Assembly: GCA_016748015.1 (NCBI GenBank)
Contig: JAAOMT010000570.1
Span: 624,043-688,042, forward strand
Reading direction: 5' to 3'
DNA from: Geosiphon pyriformis uo1
Lineage: Eukaryota; Fungi; Glomeromycota
Length of the DNA: 64,000 nucleotides
Shown: positions 1 to 12,981 of the stretch, in pieces
Position numbering within the stretch: the stretch's first letter is position 1
Layout of the letters: every line of letters begins with the position of its first letter
Notes under the pieces: generated by a model
What the model was told of the DNA's origin: nothing
The model's input: the letters and a program-made list of their open reading frames with translations, nothing else
The model's database searches: none
Translations under genes and position numbers: made by a program

Positions 1-520
1 TAATTTTAAAGAAATGTCTATTCTTTTAAAATTTTAGATATTATTAGATTATTATTTACTTTTAAATTAAGTTTGAATAAGGCTAAAAAACTGGTTATTA
101 GTAAAAAAATTTTGATTAATAATATTATCAAAAAAATAAACAATTATACAAATTAAAAAGTAATTGTTAAAGAGATTCCAGTTGATTTTTTTAAAATTGG
201 CTTTTTTTAAATTTAATAAGATTGTTTTTATTAAAATACAGCTAATTAATCTTTAACAAAAGACTTTAATTAAATTTGAATTTGTTGAAATTACTAATTT
301 GGTCACAGCTAAATGTTTAATACTTATAAAAAAAAATTCTGTTTGTGTAGTTAAAACTGTTGAAAATAAATAAACATGAGTATTTAAAGATTGTTATTGG
401 GTTTTGTTGTATATTTTACCAATTAATATTACTGTTTATAAGCTTTTTGATTTGTTAACATTATATGATAAGAAAACTTGTTTTATTGTTATAATTCAAA
501 AATGTATAGATATAACAAAT
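1..520 (+). mobile_element. Decayed LINE ORF1 (gag-like RRM region) fragment, a third subfamily; cut by the window edge
   Basis: Reads KVIVKEIPVD...KIVFIKIQLINL*QKTLIKFEF...KNSVCVVK...VLLYILPINIT, homologous to the ORF1 core of the full-length LINEs (KEIPM...KIQLIGLWQKAVVEF...KNSVHVAK...ALLFTLPVG); many stops. Confidence 0.75.
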
Positions 521-544
521 ATGAATTTTTTTTATTACCACAGC

Positions 545-1350
545 CTAATCTGAGCACCCAGAAAATTTCTTGAGATTGGTGTTTACCAAGATCTTTGTAT
601 TCTTAGCCTTTTTGGAAGCCTGTGGTAAGCTCAATTTAGAAGTAAATGATGTTTTAATGATCTCAGCAAATTTTAAGGAAGTAAAGACCTCCCCAAAACT
701 ATTGATTTTCGAAAACAACTTTCTAATAACCACAAGCTTCTTCTGAAATAATTTTCTAGCAACTTAATCCAAACCAATATTCAAAGCAAAAGATTTACAA
801 ACAGAAATGTTGACCAAATTTTTTACAGGTAAGGGGATTTTCAGTAAAGCATTCAAAAAAACATTATTGTCATTACTATTTATTGAGAAATTAATTTTCT
901 CCTAAGGTTTACCCAATGCCTTCTTGGTTTTGACTTTTGAATTTGTAGGTGTTTAATTAGGATTTTCTCCAGCAAGAGCACTACTTTTACCATAATCAAA
1001 ACTGGTCTCTTTCACCAGATATTTTTCCTCCATATCAATACTATTAGACTTAATAGTGTTACCAGTCTCTGAACTTTATAAGTAACTATTCTAAACTTTA
1101 AGACCAATATTTTCACTACTAGAACTATCTTCTAAAACACTACCTCTTCTTTTTTTCCTTAGAAGAACAAATTTAAAGCCATTACTAAAACCAAAAACTT
1201 TAGTAGTCTTCTTTATAACAACAATACTACAGCCAATGGTGATCTCATAGTTAAGAATAAAGGGTTTAGATTTATCATACTGAATTGTAAAAAACTTTTT
1301 TTAAAAAACTTTTTTGACTCTTTTTTGAAAATTTGGGATGAAAAAAAGAG
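545..1350 (-). mobile_element. 5'-end fragment (5'UTR plus N-terminal ORF1) of the LINE B subfamily
   Basis: Aligns by eye almost gap-free to ~18895-19700 (e.g. ATATCAATACTATTAGA, CAATACTACAGCCAATGGTG, AATTTGGGA). Confidence 0.9.
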
Positions 1351-1399
1351 AGTTTTTATTTTTATAACTATATCTTATAATAATAATTAATTTAGAATC

Positions 1400-3950
1400 T
1401 TATATAATTATATTTTTTTAAGTAGTAATTAGACTATATTTATAAAACATAAATAAATAAAATACAAAACAAATAATAATATTTAATTACTTAAGTTAAT
1501 AATTATTATATTATAAATTAATATATACTTTAATATAAAAGCAACTATTTGTAATTTAATTAATATAAATAATAAATATTTATATTTATTTTCAAGTTAG
1601 ATTTAAAAAATAAGTTAAGATACTATTAATAATATTATAAGAGCCTATTTTTAAGAGAATTATTTATAAAATTACATTTAAATTAAATTTTTTCAAGCTA
1701 TTTTTATGATTTTAAAACAATTAAAATAATAAAAATCAATATAATTAAACTTTTATTTATAAGATTATTTTTTTAATAAAAATTTAAGTTAAATTATGCA
1801 AAAATTAAATTTTTAAAATCAAGTCTTTTTTAACAGTAAAAGTTTTTTAATTAAAACAAAATCATAACTGTTTAAAAGTTAATTTATAAAAACAATATTA
1901 AATTTTTTAAAAAATTCAATCATATTATAATAAACAAATTAATTTAAAATATTTAAAATTAAAATTTTATTTTTAAATAAAAAACATTAATAAAAAAAAC
2001 TTTATACTTAAAAAAAAAGATTGTTATATTAACCAAAAAATTAAAACAAATATTATAATATTTAATTTTAACTTTATAAATTTATTATTTTGTAATTAAA
2101 AAATTTGTTAAAAATAATATTAATATTTAAATATATTATTTTACTAATTATTATTTTTTTAATTGAATTTATTTAAAAATTTGCAAATTATATAGCTTTA
2201 TTTAAACAAATTGGTCTTAATTTTTAATTAATAAATCATATTTTTTATAAATATTTAAAAACAAAACTGTACTGAATTTTATAATTAATAATAAACTATA
2301 AAACTATTAACACTAAATTAAAAAATTACTTATTTAAAATAGTTATTTTAAAAACCATATTTATAAAAAAACTAATTTCTTAATTAACAAAAAACTTCAA
2401 TGTATTTTTTTTAATAATAAAAATAGATAAATTATTAATATTTAAAAAAGCTTTTTTAATTTTTTAATTAATAAAAATAATTATATATATTTATAAATAT
2501 TAATTTTATGCAAAATTTTTAAGATAATTAATTAAATGTTATTTAAAAATAATTTTTTTGAAATAATTTTAGAATTTTGTATTAAAAACAAGATTAATTT
2601 AAACTAACAAAATTAATTTTTTAATAATTAAAAATATAAATAAGAGCTTTTTTGTAATTTTGAATAATAATTTCAATAAAAATAGCAGTTTAATTTTAAA
2701 AAGTATTTAAATTTAAATTTGGTTAATTTTTTGTTAAGTAATTTAATTGTTATAATTTATTAAAAAAATTTAAAAAAATAAAAAAAATAATTAATTATAT
2801 TTTTGTCAATATATTATTTGTAAATATAATAATTAAATAAAATTTTTTTTAATTAGTTTAAATAATTTTTTAAATATGTAATTTAATATTTTATAAAAAC
2901 AAATAAATAAAACCAATAAAAATACAATATTAAAAATGTAAATAATTTTAAATAAGACCAATTTAAGAATATTTTAATTATTAAAAATAGTTGATTTAAT
3001 AAAAAACTTTAATAAATTAAAAAAAATAGAGATTTAAATATAATATAAGCTTTTATTTAAAGAATTATGTATTTTTATATAATAATATACTTGTTAAAAC
3101 TTGGTTTTATAATTTTAATAAAGATAAAACCAAAAAATTTTAAGTTTTTTAAGTTAAAACTTTTAATATTTAATAATAAATTTTTAAAATTATTATATTT
3201 TTAATAAAATTAAGACTTTAAATATTTAAATATAATAAATATAAATTTTAGTTTTAATAATATTAAAGTAATTTTGTTTAAAATAAAAAAATTTTAAGTA
3301 TTTAAGTTTATAAATTTTAAATAGTAAAAAAATCAAGAATTAAATTATTTATTATTAAATATATAAAAATTTTTGCTTATAATAAAGACTATATAATTAA
3401 AAATGTTTTAAAATATATATTTTAAAAAATTATTTTGGATTATTTTGTTGTAAATAATAAATTAATATTGAAATTTAATAAAGTTAATTCTAAAATAAAT
3501 AAAATTATAAAAGATTAAACTAAAAAATAATTAATATTATTAAAATATTTTATTAAATTATATTGATAATAAAATATTTTTTAAAGTAATAAAAAAAATA
3601 ACTAATAATAAATTATTATGCATAATTAAAAATTTATTTAATAATAAAATTATTAAGTTATTTAATATTTTAAATAAATATTAAAAGTATTGTAATAAAG
3701 TCGAATATTAGAAAATAATTTAAAGAAAAATTCAAAATTCTAATTAATTTTATAAAATATGTAAAAAATATATAATTTTATTAAATAATATTATTAAAAA
3801 AATAAGTTGATTAAAATTAAAATATTTAAGTATTTTATTAAATTTTATGATTATATTATAATAATAAAATAAATAAATTAACTTCTTTCTTTTCTTTATT
3901 CTTACAAATAAATTAAGTAGTATGTAGTAATAATATTTAATGCTCAAATT
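1400..3950. other. Extremely AT-rich relic, probably a C>T/G>A-eroded retroelement (possible gag traces on +)
   Basis: Almost devoid of G/C, with the same texture as the recognisable eroded gypsy at 57.5-63.5 kb; only weak gag-like traces. Confidence 0.35.
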
Positions 3951-3999
3951 TTTGGATTTCTAAAGAGTTTTAAAGGTTTTTTTTCAGTAGGCTTGTTCA

Positions 4000-4938
4000 A
4001 TATTACTTATAAAATATGAAAATTATATATTATTATATAAATTAGCCAATTAGAAAAAGATGTAGTAAAAATGGAATTTCAAGATTCCTCTCAAAAGAAT
4101 TGCAGAATTCCAGAATTATAGAATTCTTATGTGAGAAATTGCAGGATTCCAAAATTCCAGAATTTTTTTTAAAAAATTATAAGATTACAAAAATTTTAGG
4201 ATTTCTGGCTAGAAAATTGAGGAATTAAAGGAATCTTGTACAATGAAATTTATGTATATATAACAGTAGTATTAGAAGCAAAAAAGACAGAATTCTTAGT
4301 TTTAGAACTTCAGTTTCAATTCTATACCCATCTTTTCATATGATAATATTTTATGAATTGAAATAGAAACATAAAATATTAATAAAATACTTATTACTAT
4401 TGCAATTTATCTGTTTATTATTAACAATCTATGTTGATAATTGTTAATACTTAACTATATTAAATCAATAGCTTTTAATTACAGTTATTAATAAGATATT
4501 AACTCTTTTTTGTCTTGACTTATTTCTTTATTTTTATTTATTTTATTTATTTCTTTGTTGTTTGTTGTTTATTAATTGATTTGAGGGATTAAACACTAAT
4601 TAATTAATGTTAAAAATAGTCTGGTAAAAGACTCCAAAGGAAGAGTATAAAGTTTAAAGAATTTATGAATAGCTTACCAGAAGAGTATAACTATCAGAAT
4701 AAACTAGCTATTATGATAAAGACAGAAATTGAATGGAATTATGATTCTGAAAGGCTACTAAACAATATTTGAATCTCTGTTTATTATACAAAAAACTCAC
4801 ACTAAAACCTTCAGATCACAAATATCATCAGATATCATCAACCAAATTAGCTATTAAACACCAAATTACAGATTTGTTATTTGTATCAACATCCCAAATA
4901 ATTATTTGTATCAACATCCCAAATAATTATTTGTAATA
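4000..4938 (+). repeat. LTR-like repeat, family 1 (left boundary uncertain); contains AGAATTCC-like tandem units (~4075-4230) and a 25-bp tandem duplication (4877-4926)
   Basis: 4300-4938 is the reverse complement of 19970-20565 (CAACATCCCAAATAAT...TGTAA[C/T]A terminus; CTGGTAAAAGA; CAATAGCTTTT). Strand assigned by motif homology to family 2. Confidence 0.65.
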
Positions 4939-5824
4939 TTGGTATTAGTGTTATCAGTCTTTAAAAGTCTTTTTTGATTAATGTAAATTTACTTATAGAG
5001 TTTTTTGGTTATAAGGCACAGAAAAATAGTTTCACAATATTGTAACTTTGAGTACATAAGCTATCTTTTCCAAGCTAGTCAAACATAATTATTAGGGTTT
5101 GGTGGTGTTTTTTTGCCCTTCTAATAAGCTAATAAGATAATATTAATATTTAATCTTAAAAAAAGCTTCTCTTTTTTACCAGACTATTACAAAGTCTATT
5201 TCCAGACAGTTAATTTTTCTATGTTGCCACTCTACAGAAAAGACAAAATAAAATAAAAGAAAATAAAAAAGAAAAAATTAATATCATCAATTACTATAAT
5301 CAAGAGTGATTGGTTCAAGTTGTAATAGTTTAAGACTGTTTTATGCTAAAAGCATTTGGCCAGAAACCAAGATAAAAACAAAATTAATTCAGTTAAAACA
5401 CATGAATATGAAAATCATATAGACATAAATTATGGGTTTGTTAATATTTTTTTATTTTAGTAATATAAGATATAAAATATAACAAAGAATATATAACAGA
5501 TATAGATAGAAAAAATTGATTCTTGTTTATCTGTTTTTCTATCTTCTACAATTACTCTCTTTTATAAATTTTTCTTAGTTCTACAAGACTGTTTTTAATT
5601 GTTTTGTTATTGTTAATTATTATTTGTTATTTTTGTTATTGCTTTATTTTTTTATATTATTACTAATTATCCTTGTTATTTTATGTTATATTACATTATT
5701 GCATTTTGTATTGTATTATCTTAAGTTATTATGCATTATTCTATGTTTTTTCATATTATTCTGTATTATTATATTGTGATTATATTTTTTTATAACTTGG
5801 ATTGGTTTTTCTACTCAAATAACA
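4932..5824 (-). repeat. Ty3/gypsy LTR, family 2 (~890 bp, TG...CA)
   Basis: Homologous to 45588-46462 and 63545-64000; the last lies at the 5' side of the minus-strand gypsy coding region. Termini TGTAAT (4932) and TAACA (5824). Confidence 0.75.
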
Positions 5825-8800
5825 TTGTTTCAAATTTCCAAAAAAATGTCAAAAAGTTTTTTTTGAAAGAAGTTTTTTACCATTCAGTATAATAAATCCA
5901 AACCATTTTTGCTTGATTACACAGCTACTGTTGGCTTTAGTATTGCTGTTCTAAAGAAGTTTATTATAGAATCTGGTCACATTATGATTGCAAAGTCTGT
6001 GTTATCAAAGAAAAAAAGAAGAGATAATATCTTGAAAGACAATATTAAGACTAAAAAAGTTTCTGCTAAGGGTTTTAATGGTTGCTTTTGGGAGTTGAAA
6101 GCTAGTAATACTATTAAATTTGATAGTATTAACATAGAAAAAGAGTGTTTAATTAAAAAAACAAGTTTTGACTATAGTAATAAGGCCTCTTTGAATAGTA
6201 AAAATGCTAACCAAATACTTAAAAGTTCATGCATTAAGACCAAAAAAGCTTTAGAAAAACTGTTGAGAAAAATCAACTTTTTGAATAATGGTGATAATAA
6301 TGATAATATTTTGTTGAACACTCTGTTAACTTTTTTCTCTCTTTTGAAAAATTTGGTCAATATTCTTATTAAGAAGTTATTTACTTTGGATATTGGTTTA
6401 AATAAGGTAATTGGAAAGTCTTCTCAAAAAAAGCTGGTAGTGGTCAAAAAATTATTTTCAAAAATCAAGATTTTAGAAGGACCTCTACTTTCTCAAATTT
6501 GCTGGGATTATTAGAATAACATTTACTTTTAAATTAAGCTTGGCTCAGGCTTCTGATATGGCAAAGAAGACAAAAATTTTGGTGAACACCAATTTTAAAA
6601 TATCTGCTAGACATTTAGATCAGATTATGGTTGTTAAAAAAATTCCAGTTAAAACATCAGCTGAAGTTGTGTGTACTGCACTATCTGAATTTAAAGTAAT
6701 TAAGTTGATCAACATGCAATTGGTAGGGCTGTGGCAGAAAGCTATGGTAGAATTTGAGCAATCAAATTAGACTGATTTGGTTGCAACTAAATAATCTATT
6801 TTAATTAAGAAAGATGCTATGTATGTTATTAGAGCTAATAAGGATAAAAAATCATGGAATTTAAGAGACTATAATAAAGCACTACTGTATACTCTTTTTG
6901 TAAAAACCAATACACATGATATTTGAGATTACATTATTTTAATTGGTAGAAAAACATGTATTATTAACCATTATTTAGTTATATATGCTCAAACCAGGTG
7001 TATTGTTGTTTGCTTTAACTCTACTGGTTTATTAAATACTGTCATGATAACCACACTAGTGCTAAAGAGCGCTAATCTATGCTGGTCTTATTTGAGATCT
7101 GCCAAATATATAAAGTATAAGAATTTAAGTTATATATTATTGGGTTGTTTTATATGTGAGAATTTTTTCTCTGGTCATTCTTCTCATAAAATATTGTTAA
7201 ACATAGATAAAAACAGGCTAACTGCTATCTATGTCAAATGTTCAGCACCTGTTGCTTGTTCAGTAGCCTTTGATAGTATTTTTTGAACCAAAATTGCTGG
7301 TGAGTCTTTCTTTTTTCTTCTTACAAGAAATGGTTTGGTCAACTTTGGTTTCTTTTTAGAGATAAAGTCTTTCTTTTTAGTGTCTGTCAAAGTAAATAAT
7401 AGGTTTGCTGTTTTTAAGCACAATCTCACTAGTCTTACAGAACAAGTCAGTTAATTGGCTAAGAGGTTAGATGTATTTGGACTGACAGTTTTTTAGCCTA
7501 GTCCTGAATATTAGCTATTAGTGACCTCTTCATTACAGAATTAAGAGATAAATATAGTAATAAATAAGAGTTTGGATGTGGTTATTAGTGGTAAAACTGT
7601 TGCAAAAGCAATGGGTATTAATTTTTCAGTTGTTTTAAAACTGAAAGAGACTTTGAACAATTTATCAAACATAATTATAGATCTAATAACCAAAATAAAC
7701 AATACAAATTTGGGTAGAAATGATTCTTTTTCTCAATGATAAATCTAATTTGGAAATTTTTTACATGCAATATTTGAGGTATCAATGTTTCTGCAAAGCA
7801 GAAGAACATTGTTTAATAACATAAAAATTCAGCTAATATGGTTTTCATTATTACTAAGACAAAATTGAGGTCTAATATTAGGTCATAAATCATGAAAAAG
7901 TTTGATAGAATTTAGATTTTTACTTCTGGTTTGAATGTAAAATTTTTTGGTACTGGAGTTGTCATAATTATGAACAATTTTTAGCTTGACATGTTTCAAA
8001 AGTAAATGAGATTCTGGATTAGTTGATTTCTGTATGTTTTTTGTTTAAAAACAAGCTTTTGATCATGATTTTAGGCCTGTATATTGATGTCTCTATTGGT
8101 GTGCATTATGGCCAAGCTTCTAATATTAACTTTATAATCTTTAAAACAGTTAATTCTAGCTTCTTTACAGTTTTAGGTGGTGATTTTAATGAGAATAGAT
8201 TCAAAAAAAGTGCAAGTTTCAAGTTCTGCTTGGATTTAAGTCTAGTTAATACTTTTAATAAACATTTGTTGGCCAAAACTTCTACTTGGAGCAATTTTAA
8301 GAGTGTTGAAAAGATGCTGGATTTTATTTTTGTAAGTAAAAACCTGATATCTGCAATCACATGTCATAAAGTTGATTGTATATTAGAATTTTTTGATATG
8401 AATTATAAGACAATTTTGATCATAGTTAGTTTAGATAGACTTTTGAATATTTGTCTTAACAGCATTTATAAATAGACCAATTAGAACTGGTGGAAGTTCA
8501 AGTTGAGAAATATGAATGAAGCTCAATAGTTATATTTTAAGGAGCAATCTTTTGCTAAGTTGTTAGAAAAGTCTAAAATATTTGAGGATACAAAAAACAA
8601 TAATAACTTAAACATAATATAAATGGTACTGAAAGATATCATAGTACAAGCTGCCAATACAATATTTTCTAAATATTGGTATAGTGAATATGATTGTTCA
8701 AAAAACAAATAATCTTCAAAATTTTTTAAATTGAAGCTGCTTATTGCAAAAATTGTAAAAGTTTAGAATTTTAGAAATTTTCTGAATTTTAATCATTTTG

Positions 8801-11800
8801 TTAAGATTTGGTTGACTATTAATGAAGTTAAGATGTCTAAGATTGTTGACATAGTTTTAAATAGTGTGAGTTTGATGAATTTGGTTAAACATTTGTCAAT
8901 AATAAAGAAAAGATATTAGAAATCTAAGTATTATAAGTCTAAAGCATTTAAGAATACAGCTATTAGGAAGATGATTAATTGTTATATGAAAAATTTCTGT
9001 TTTGACAAAAAGCAGATAATAAAGAGCATTTTAAAATATCCATTTTACAAAGTTGTTTTGGATCACTTGGTAATAGGAGATAAGTTGGTGGTTAAGCCTA
9101 ATGAGGTAAAGTTTAAGGTAGATAAGATTATGGAAGAATGGACAAGAAAGTAGTTAATGCTTTTAAGAATATCTGATCTTTGTTTTTATTAATACTTGTC
9201 TTTAGATTATATTGATAATGATGCTTTTTCTGGTGTAATAAAAGAGATTAATATGGAAGAGTTGTCTTTGGTTGTTAATAATCTGCTGAATAAGAAGACT
9301 GCTGGATTGTTAGAGATACTTAATAAACTTTGGAAACATTGTGATAAAGAGGTGTTGATTTGTTCTTTAAAATTGTTAAATTTGTATTTAATTTTGGGTA
9401 CAGTTTTAATTCCTTGAAAGAGAGCATGAGTTTTAATGATTCCAAAACCTTATAAATAAAATAGTGTTTTAACAAATACTAAGCCTATTATATTGATTAA
9501 GACAGCCTAAAAGATCTTATTTAAGATTTTTTTTGATCAAATATTATTAACTTATAACAAATTTGATGTTCTTTGCAATAATAATTTTTTAATGTTAAAA
9601 AGTATGTTAACTCAGTTTCTTATTTTTGCCATTAGATTAGTAATTGAAAATGCTTTAGAAAAAAATAAAGAGCTTTAGTTGGTGTTGTAAGACATGCATA
9701 AAGCTTATGATTCAATAGACTAATATTATTTGAAAGCTAGTTTACACTGCATTAAAATATGTAATTAGTTTATCAAGTTTTTTGGCAATATTCATAAAGA
9801 TCAGATCAACAAAGTTATAACAAATTTTAGACTCTTAAATGGTTATAGAGTACACAATAATTTAGATCAGAGTAAGGTTTTTTCTCTACTCTTTTAGAGA
9901 ATTTTTTATAATTCACTTTTGTGTAAGGTAAAAAGACATGAATACTTGTACAGATATTATATTGATACTAGATTTGTGGTAAAAACTAATAGGGTTGAAA
10001 CTATTAAAAGGAGAACTTTTTTTTGGCTGCTGGTGTTTTTGTTAATAACACAATTTGGGTTAGAAGTTGTCAAGCTTTTACACAATACATTTTGAATATT
10101 ATTAGTAAGTTTTTTGATATTAATAACATTTTGATTAATAATAATAAAACAGTGGTTATTCTTATTAATTAAGATATTAGAACTGTCTTGTTGTTAATTA
10201 ATAATTTGCTGATCTCAATTGCTAAAAGAAGTAAGTCATACAGATACTTGAGCATTTTTTTGTCTATTAAAAGTCTAGTCTGGCTTAGGCTCATATATAT
10301 GTTAGGTTTTTTTCTAATGTGATATTAAAAAAGACTATTATAGATAAGCAATTTTTTTATTTGGTTTCAGCTGTTCTGCAGTTTATAGTTAGTTATTAGA
10401 CACAGTTTAGTTTTGTTTCATCAGATGTTTGTTGCAAATAAGATATAATAGTTAAAAAAAGTTTTAAGGCCAAAACTGGTTTACTACATAACTTTTCCAG
10501 TAAAGTTTTACATCATTCATTTCTGTATGATTTGAAATCCTTTGAACAAGTGCAGTCTAAAGGAAAGCTGGCTTTATTGGTTTTTTTTTCAATGTCTATG
10601 GCATTTTTGAACATCTATTTAAGCATAGGTTTTTGAATTTGCAGGCTCTAGATTGATTCTTTTTGAATTTTTTGCAGTTTCTTGTCAAGTTGTATGTCAG
10701 TTCAGTGAATAATTTTTTGGCCAGAATAGTAAAAATTTTTTTGGAAAATGAATTATCTTTAATAAACAATTTGCTTAATGTTTTTTATGGGTTAGGTAGA
10801 TTTCTAATGTCTGGTATTCTGGAGCAGTTCTTGTATTATAATTTTGTTCTTTTTTTAAAGTGGTTTAGTATTGTATTTGGTAATAGACTTTTAGACAAAA
10901 AAGAGAATGTAATGGACTAGAAAATGGTTTAATGATGAAAGAAGTTGAATTCAAGAGACTTTGTGTTTCACTGGTTTATATTAATGTCTAAGTTTATAAG
11001 CAAGAGTGTTTCTTTGGAAGTTAAGTTTACTGCTGTTTTTAGATTGTCTATGTTTGATGTCTTGAAATCTGAGATATTTTTTGATATATGTAATAGTTAA
11101 ATGGGAATTTGGTTTAATTGTTTTGAGATTTATACAGATGGGTTCTTAAAGAGTGCTGGTTCTGTTGTAATGACAAGTGGAATGGCTGCTTATTTTCCAG
11201 TTTTGAACATAAAAGTTGAGATTAGAGTGAATAGACTTTTGTTTTCTACTTTGGCTGAATTACAAGCTATTGCTTTGGCTTTAAAATATGTTCTATTTTT
11301 ATGTGTTGTGGTTTTGTATTTGGACAGCCAATTTGTAATTGATACTTGTATGTTTGAGACTTTGTTTGTGGTGTCTAATTTTCACAGTTAATGTTAAATT
11401 AAAAGATTGTATGTAGCCAATTTTATTAAAGATAAAGACATTTTGGTTAAGTGAATGAAAGTTAAAGGATATTTAGGGATTCCAAATAATGTTAGGACTG
11501 ATGTATTGATTGGTAAGACCACTTTCTTTTCTTTTTCTTTGTCTGTTGAAATTCAGAAATAATTTTTGGTTGCTAAAAATACTGTTGTGTCTGGTAATAC
11601 TTATTATTTTGTTTACAATCTGTACTAGTTAGTTTGCCATGCTCATTAAAAGACCAGTTCTAGTTATAACATAGTTTTAAGCATTTTAATTAGGGCAATT
11701 AATTGGGTTGTGATTATAAAAATCTAGTAACCTAACTCACATATGCTCTCAAAATTCACTAGTAAAAAATTGGCTAATTTGCATATATATTTAATAAAAA

Positions 11801-12569
11801 CAATACATAAATGGCTGCCAATAGCAATTAGAAAGAGATTATATAACAAGAATTATTTTGGTGTGTTGTGTTTGCTGTGCAGTAAAGTAGAGATTTCTGA
11901 TTATGTTTTTACTTATACTGGTAATATTAGTCTCTATAGAAAGGTTTTGGTTAAGACTGCTAAGAGATAAATGTTATTAACTGGTCTTTTTTGCTTGCCA
12001 ATCTTTGTCATTTTGCTTTTGCTTTTAATGTGTTCTTTAGATATTGGGCTGTATACTATAATTTACAAAGATTTTATGTTAAGGAATTGGTATGCTGAAG
12101 CTGTTTTGTTCTTTAAAGAAAAGAGAAAGACTGCTCTGGCTCTTGTTAAATATATTAGATTTATAGTGAAATTGCATTACACTAAGATATGACTTATTAG
12201 TTTCAAACATAGAATAGACATAAAAAAGACTAATTTGGTCAAGGATACTGGTTTGGTTAAAGATGATAGTTTAGTTTTAGGCTTGTCTTGCTGTGTAGTA
12301 TTTATGTTAACAAATAGAATGATTTATATGCTTGGTATTATGAAATTCTTTGCTATTAGTTTTGATAGGCACAAATTGTGTCATTTTTTCCCCAGTTTAA
12401 GTGGTAATATATTTTTTAGCATAGATATATAATATTGTTTTGACTGGTTCAAATGGCTGATTACATATAGTAAGTACATAAATTGTATTTAGTTTAATCT
12501 ACTTAGTTTAGTTCTATGTATTAAATAACAACTAAACTTTACTCATAAAATTTCATAATAATAAAAAAA
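5825..12569 (+). mobile_element. Full-length inactivated L1-like LINE (element A): ORF1 ~5952-7739, ORF2 7736-12432 (APE-RT-RNase H-CCHC), 3' tail plus A-rich end
   Basis: APE motifs (TCNI.G, LGGDFNE, LDFIF), RT region with FVNN at ~10038, RNase H (IYTDG...LAELQAI...LDSQ), CLLCSKVEISDYVF; most eroded of the four LINEs. Confidence 0.95.
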
Positions 12570-12981
12570 TAAAATAAATAAAATTATATAAATTTTGGCT
12601 TAATAAAAAATTATAAAATACATAATAAGTTAAATTAAAATAAAATTTTTTTACTATTTTAGAAAAAAGTTTACAATCTTTTTTGTATAAAATAAAAAGA
12701 TATAAAAGTTTGTATAAATACAGAATTAATAATAAATTTATAATTAAGACTAATAAAATTTAAATTAAAACTTATTTAATAATTAATATATTTATTAATA
12801 ATACAATTTAAATTAAAAATAATTAAACTATTATTTACAATATTTTAAATATTATTAAGAAATTTTTAAAATCAATAATATTTTTATTATAAATTAAAAA
12901 ATATTAGTAATTTATTAATTTTTATTATTAAAAAAAAATCTACAAATATCTTTAAGTTTTTTGTTAATTAAACATATATTT

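Noticed and set aside
3750-3947. Small I/K/N/F/Y-rich ORFs (also 49667-49849)
   Set aside because: Compositional artefacts of hyper-AT eroded repeats.
4075-4230. CRISPR-like array
   Set aside because: Short degenerate AGAATTCC tandem units without unique spacers, in a eukaryotic LTR context.
5909-12432. Alternative genetic code (stop readthrough) explaining the in-frame stops
   Set aside because: Stops are of all three types, differ between copies and arise from TGG/CAR/CGA transitions; host genes use the standard code.
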